Origin: Desulfocapsa sulfexigens DSM 10523
GTDB taxonomy: Bacteria > Desulfobacterota > Desulfobulbia > Desulfobulbales > Desulfocapsaceae
Direction of reading: 5' to 3'
Length of the DNA stretch: 32,000 nt
Assembly (NCBI RefSeq): GCF_000341395.1
Contig: NC_020304.1
Coordinates: forward strand, 2,670,001-2,702,000
The translations under genes and the position numbers were made by a program. Shown here one piece after another: positions 28,149 through 32,000 of this stretch; position 1 is the first letter of the stretch, and the number at the start of each line of letters is the position of its first letter. The notes beneath the pieces are model-generated. The model saw nothing but the letters and a program-made list of their open reading frames with translations, did no database searches and was not told the DNA's origin.

Positions 28149-29292
28149 TCAAAAAAAAATAATGATCCTTGGTGCAGGTCAAATGCAGGTTCCTGTAATC
28201 AAAAAATGTAGTGATTTAAATATATTCACAATAGCAGTTGATTTTGATGAATATGCACCAGGATTTAAATATTCCGATAAAGGTCTTATTCTATCAACGC
28301 ATGACAAAGAAGAAATACTTAAACAGGCTAAAAAGAATAAGATTGATGGGATTTTGACGACTTCAGATTATCCTGTTAATAGTGTTGCATTTGTTTCGAA
28401 TCAATTGGGGCTCAGTGGTTTGAGTCAGGATGTTGCCACATTATCAACAAATAAGTTTTTATTGAGGGAAAAACTGAAAGAATGCAAACTGAATTGCCCC
28501 AAATATATAATCGCCTGTGACAATTCTGAACTTACTCAAGTTGATTTCTTTCCGGCCATCATCAAACCCATTGATTCTTCGGCAAGTCGTGGTGTTAAAA
28601 AAGTTAACACACCCGAAGAGCTTTATGAACAATTTGCAATCTCCAGAGAATTTTCAGTCAGTCAAAAAGTTATTGTAGAAGAATTCATCCATGGCAGAGA
28701 GTATAGTGTTGAAGCAATATCTCAGGGTGGCAAACATTACATAATATCAATAACAGGCAAGACAATAGTTGGTGAAGAGGATGGGTTTTTTGTTGAATTG
28801 GCTCATCAAATTCCTGCTAATCTTAGCGAAGAAGAAATAGAATTAGTCCATACTGAAACACTAGCTGCCTTAAATGCTATTGGGCTAGATGATTCAGCTT
28901 CTCATGCAGAAATTATTTTATCTGGAAAAAAAGCATATATAGTTGAAGTGGGTGCCAGGCTGGGAGGGGATTTTATTGGTTCAGATCTTGTTCCTCTCTC
29001 GTGCGGCGTGGATATGTTAGAAGATATCGTGAAGGTTTCGATTGGAGAAGAGATTAGTACTACAAAAGACAGGATGTGTTACTCGGGAATACACTTTATT
29101 ACCCCAGAAAATTATAAATCAGCAGCTGCGTTCATTCAAGAGAAGCAAGACATTATCGTGAAATATGAGATAAATAACTACCAAAACAAAAAAATTGAGA
29201 ATTCTTTGGACAGATTAGGATATATAATTGTAGTTACGGAGTCAAGAAAAGAACTAAATGATGCTTTTAGAAGCATAAATGATGATAATTAA
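28138..29292 (+). CDS. ATP-grasp domain protein (carboxylate-amine ligase-like)
   Basis: ORF track 28081..29292; probable ATG at 28138 gives MRNSQKKIMILGAGQMQVPVIKKCSDLNIFTIAVDFDEYAPG...DFFPAIIKPIDSSASRGVKKVNTPEEL...KVIVEEFIHGREYSVEAISQGG...HAEIILSGKKAYIVEVGARLGGDFIG; PurK/carbamoyl-phosphate-synthase-type ATP-grasp. Confidence 0.85.
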   Translation: MRNSQKKIMILGAGQMQVPVIKKCSDLNIFTIAVDFDEYAPGFKYSDKGLILSTHDKEEILKQAKKNKIDGILTTSDYPVNSVAFVSNQLGLSGLSQDVATLSTNKFLLREKLKECKLNCPKYIIACDNSELTQVDFFPAIIKPIDSSASRGVKKVNTPEELYEQFAISREFSVSQKVIVEEFIHGREYSVEAISQGGKHYIISITGKTIVGEEDGFFVELAHQIPANLSEEEIELVHTETLAALNAIGLDDSASHAEIILSGKKAYIVEVGARLGGDFIGSDLVPLSCGVDMLEDIVKVSIGEEISTTKDRMCYSGIHFITPENYKSAAAFIQEKQDIIVKYEINNYQNKKIENSLDRLGYIIVVTESRKELNDAFRSINDDN

Positions 29293-30331
29293 CAAAACTA
29301 AAATATCTGAAAATGATAAGACATATATAATTGCCGAGCTTTCCGCCAATCATGAGCAAAATTTTGATCTGGCTGTGAAAACCATTTCTGCAATGAAAGA
29401 TTCGGGTGCTGATGCTGTTAAATTACAGACATATACACCTGACGCAATAACTATTGATTCAGATCAACCCTGGTTTAAAACTAGAGAAGATAGTTTGTGG
29501 GCTGGTCAGAAAATGTATGATTTGTATAAAAAGGGCGAAACCCCCTGGGAATGGCATTCGCAGTTGCAGAAAGTTGCAGTTGAACTTGGAATGGATTTTT
29601 TCTCATCACCCTTTGATTTGAAATCAGTTGATTTGCTTGAATCTATAAATGTTCCAGCCTATAAGATAGCTTCTTTAGAAATTACTGATATCCCATTAAT
29701 CGAGAAGTGCGCAAAAACCTGCAAGCCAATAATACTTTCAACGGGGATTGCGCGGATTGAAGATATTGATCTAGCAATAAAGACGTGTATGGATGTCGGC
29801 AATGAAAACCTTGCCCTGCTTAAATGTACTTCCGCTTATCCGACTCCTTTTGAGGAAGTGAACTTACGACAGATTGATACATTAAAGAAAAAATATAATC
29901 TAATTGTGGGACTGTCTGATCATACTCTGGGAATAGAAGTTCCTATTGCTTCAGTAGCCTTGGGCGCGAGAATTATAGAAAAACATTTTATTTTGTCCCG
30001 AAAAGGAAATGGTATAGATAGGGATTTCTCTTTGGAACCTCATGAGTTTAAACAAATGGTTGAGGCAATAAGAAATGTTGAGAAAGCTATGGGGATTAAA
30101 GAATATACTGTGACCCCAAGAATGAAATTGGCTCAAAAATCCTGTCGATCGTTGTTTATCGTAGCAGATGTTGTAAAAGGAGATGTTTTAACAAGTACGA
30201 ATATGCGCTCAATTAGACCTGGTATTGGGTTGCATCCAAAACATTATAAAAATATTTTGGGAAAAAAAGTCAAACAAGATTTGATTCGGGGAACTCCACT
30301 TGAATTAAAACATGTTTGTTTTGAACGATGA
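29279..30331 (+). CDS. pseI: Pseudaminic acid synthase, PseI (NeuB-family, C-terminal SAF domain)
   Basis: 350 aa; YIIAELSANHEQNFDLAVKTISAMKDSGADAVKLQTYTPDAITID..., DFFSSPFDLKSVDLLE, YKIASLEITDIPLI, GLSDHTLGIEVPIASVALGARIIEKHF, CRSLFIVADVVKGDVLTSTNMRSIRPGIGLHP. Confidence 0.94.
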   Translation: MMIINKTKISENDKTYIIAELSANHEQNFDLAVKTISAMKDSGADAVKLQTYTPDAITIDSDQPWFKTREDSLWAGQKMYDLYKKGETPWEWHSQLQKVAVELGMDFFSSPFDLKSVDLLESINVPAYKIASLEITDIPLIEKCAKTCKPIILSTGIARIEDIDLAIKTCMDVGNENLALLKCTSAYPTPFEEVNLRQIDTLKKKYNLIVGLSDHTLGIEVPIASVALGARIIEKHFILSRKGNGIDRDFSLEPHEFKQMVEAIRNVEKAMGIKEYTVTPRMKLAQKSCRSLFIVADVVKGDVLTSTNMRSIRPGIGLHPKHYKNILGKKVKQDLIRGTPLELKHVCFER

Positions 30332-30449
30332 CGCTGTGTAAAATGTAATTTATTGACTTGTTTCAACTACGCTTTCTTTTATTCTTCCCTCCCCCTTTCC
30401 AATGAACAAAAAAAACTACCTTTTCTATTCGCAAGTGAATGGCTGAATA

Positions 30450-32000
30450 ATGGAATATAGACGTGAAATAGATGGATTAAGGTCTGTTGCTGTGTTTCCT
30501 GTTATTTTGTTTCATGCAGGCTTTCAGTTGTTTGGCGGAGGATTTGTCGGCGTTGATGTTTTCTTCGTGATTAGCGGTTATTTGATTACCTCAATTATTA
30601 TTACCGAAAAAAAGAAGGGGACTTTTTCAACTATTAATTTTTATGAACGGCGGGCAAGGCGAATATTGCCAGCTCTGTTTGTCGTTATGCTGGCTTCTCT
30701 GATACCAGCGTGGTTTCTATTGACGCCAAAAGAAATGGAGGATTTTTCGAAGAGCTTGATCACAGTTCCATTGTTTGCATCCAATATATTGTTTTGGCAG
30801 GAGAGTGGCTATTTCGAATTAGCGAATGAATTGAAACCACTTTTACATACGTGGAGTTTAGCCGTTGAGGAACAATTTTACCTGCTTTATCCTCTTTTCC
30901 TGACATTGGTCTGGCGTTTAGGGAAGTATTGGTTATTTGGTTTTCTTTTTGTTATTTTAGTCATCAGTCTTGGGAGTGCCGAATGGGGCTTGATCCACGA
31001 TCCAGTTGGAGCTTTTTATTTGTTACCCACGAGAGGTTGGGAGCTTATAGTTGGTAGTTTGGCTGCCGTTTACACATTATATAAACAATCTCCCCCCAGT
31101 CAGACAGTATTGCGTGACCTAACAGGTGAACTCTTTGGAATAGTCGGTTTACTACTTATTAGCTATGCAATATTCACTTTTGATGAAACCGTTTCTTTTC
31201 CTGGTTTTAACGCAGCATTTCCTACTGTCGGGGCAGCATTAATTTTACTTTTTACTTCACAACGGACATGGGTTGGGAAACTGTTAGGCTCAAGGGTTCT
31301 TGTTGGATTAGGGCTGATTAGCTATAGTACATATTTATGGCACCAACCTTTGTTTGTCTTTGCTCGGTATTATTTTAGGTCAAAACCCAGTAATAACACA
31401 ATTTTCATTTTGATTTTATCTTCTGTTATCTTAGCATATTTAAGCTACCGGTATGTAGAGACACCGTTTAGAAAAAAAGACCTGATTAACCGCAATAAAA
31501 TTTTCTCATACTCAATTCTAGGCTCTATGTTTTTTGTCGTGTTGGGTGTTATTATTATGAATACTCAGGGCTTTAGTTCCCGTAAACCACAAAATATCCA
31601 ATGGGCTAGTCTTGGTGATAAAATTGATGTCGTCGGCAGAGTATGCGATATGCAGCCGGTTGATGATCATGAAAATATTAGATTGGGCTTTTTTGGAGAT
31701 TTGAGTGCTGATAGAACAGTAGGTTTATATGGAGATTCTCATGCATCAGCCCTCTCTTACCAATTGGATGACGAATTCAAGAAAAGAGGCATTAAGGGGG
31801 TCTATTTAGGCCTTGTCGGAAAGTGTCAAACCAATCCACTGTCTTCAGATAAAGGTATAAAAAAGGACACAATAAACTGCCAAAAGTCATTCAATTCTCT
31901 GTTAGACTATGTAGCGAATAATATTGATTCTATTATAGTTGTAAGCAGGTGGACTTTCAGACTCTATCCTGTGGCTGGAGCAATAGAGTCACTTGCTTTT
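30450..32000 (+). CDS. Acyltransferase family 3 (OafA/YrhL-like) with C-terminal SGNH-like domain (3' truncated by window edge)
   Basis: ATG at 30450; MEYRREIDGLRSVAVFPVILFHAGFQLFGGGFVGVDVFFVISGYLITSII...FYERRARRILPALF...HTWSLAVEEQFYLLYPLFL...YLSYRYVETPFRKK...VGLYGDSHASALSYQL (GDSH). Open to the window edge, so absent from the ORF track. Confidence 0.92.
   Translation, partial: MEYRREIDGLRSVAVFPVILFHAGFQLFGGGFVGVDVFFVISGYLITSIIITEKKKGTFSTINFYERRARRILPALFVVMLASLIPAWFLLTPKEMEDFSKSLITVPLFASNILFWQESGYFELANELKPLLHTWSLAVEEQFYLLYPLFLTLVWRLGKYWLFGFLFVILVISLGSAEWGLIHDPVGAFYLLPTRGWELIVGSLAAVYTLYKQSPPSQTVLRDLTGELFGIVGLLLISYAIFTFDETVSFPGFNAAFPTVGAALILLFTSQRTWVGKLLGSRVLVGLGLISYSTYLWHQPLFVFARYYFRSKPSNNTIFILILSSVILAYLSYRYVETPFRKKDLINRNKIFSYSILGSMFFVVLGVIIMNTQGFSSRKPQNIQWASLGDKIDVVGRVCDMQPVDDHENIRLGFFGDLSADRTVGLYGDSHASALSYQLDDEFKKRGIKGVYLGLVGKCQTNPLSSDKGIKKDTINCQKSFNSLLDYVANNIDSIIVVSRWTFRLYPVAGAIESLAF

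Overview
This window (probably a deltaproteobacterium / Desulfobulbales-like organism, judged only from protein style) has two parts. (1) A housekeeping segment, about 1-6.2 kb: CLC chloride channel (minus, cut by the left edge), dGTPase-like HD hydrolase (minus), DtxR-family regulator (minus), recN, and a PP-loop ATPase with an NFACT-R-like C-terminus. The six-frame track misses a small gene between the dGTPase and the DtxR gene. It is a SelW/Rdx-like selenoprotein (2426..2644, +) with an in-frame UGA in a CxxU motif (YCTKU), a good Shine-Dalgarno, and a plausible bacterial SECIS hairpin 22 nt downstream. (2) A long, entirely plus-strand surface-polysaccharide locus, about 6.3-32 kb. It contains gmd and fcl (GDP-L-fucose), a WbpB-like dehydrogenase/WbpD-like acetyltransferase fusion, Wzm/Wzt-type ABC export, several glycosyltransferases, a large polytopic GT-C-like protein next to a GtrB/DPM1-like GT2, a DUF354 protein, two acyltransferase-3 proteins (the second has an SGNH-like C-terminus and is cut by the right edge), and a WbpI/WecB-type 2-epimerase. 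It ends with an apparent pseudaminic-acid module (pseB, pseC, pseF, pseG ... pseI). That module has no recognisable PseH acetyltransferase. Between pseG and pseI it carries a sulfotransferase, a compact atypical DegT-like protein and an ATP-grasp ligase. The most interesting observations are the hidden selenoprotein and this non-canonical pse module, which may make a nonulosonic acid with a non-acetyl N-substituent. No CRISPR array, rRNA, tRNA, transposase or defence system was recognised.
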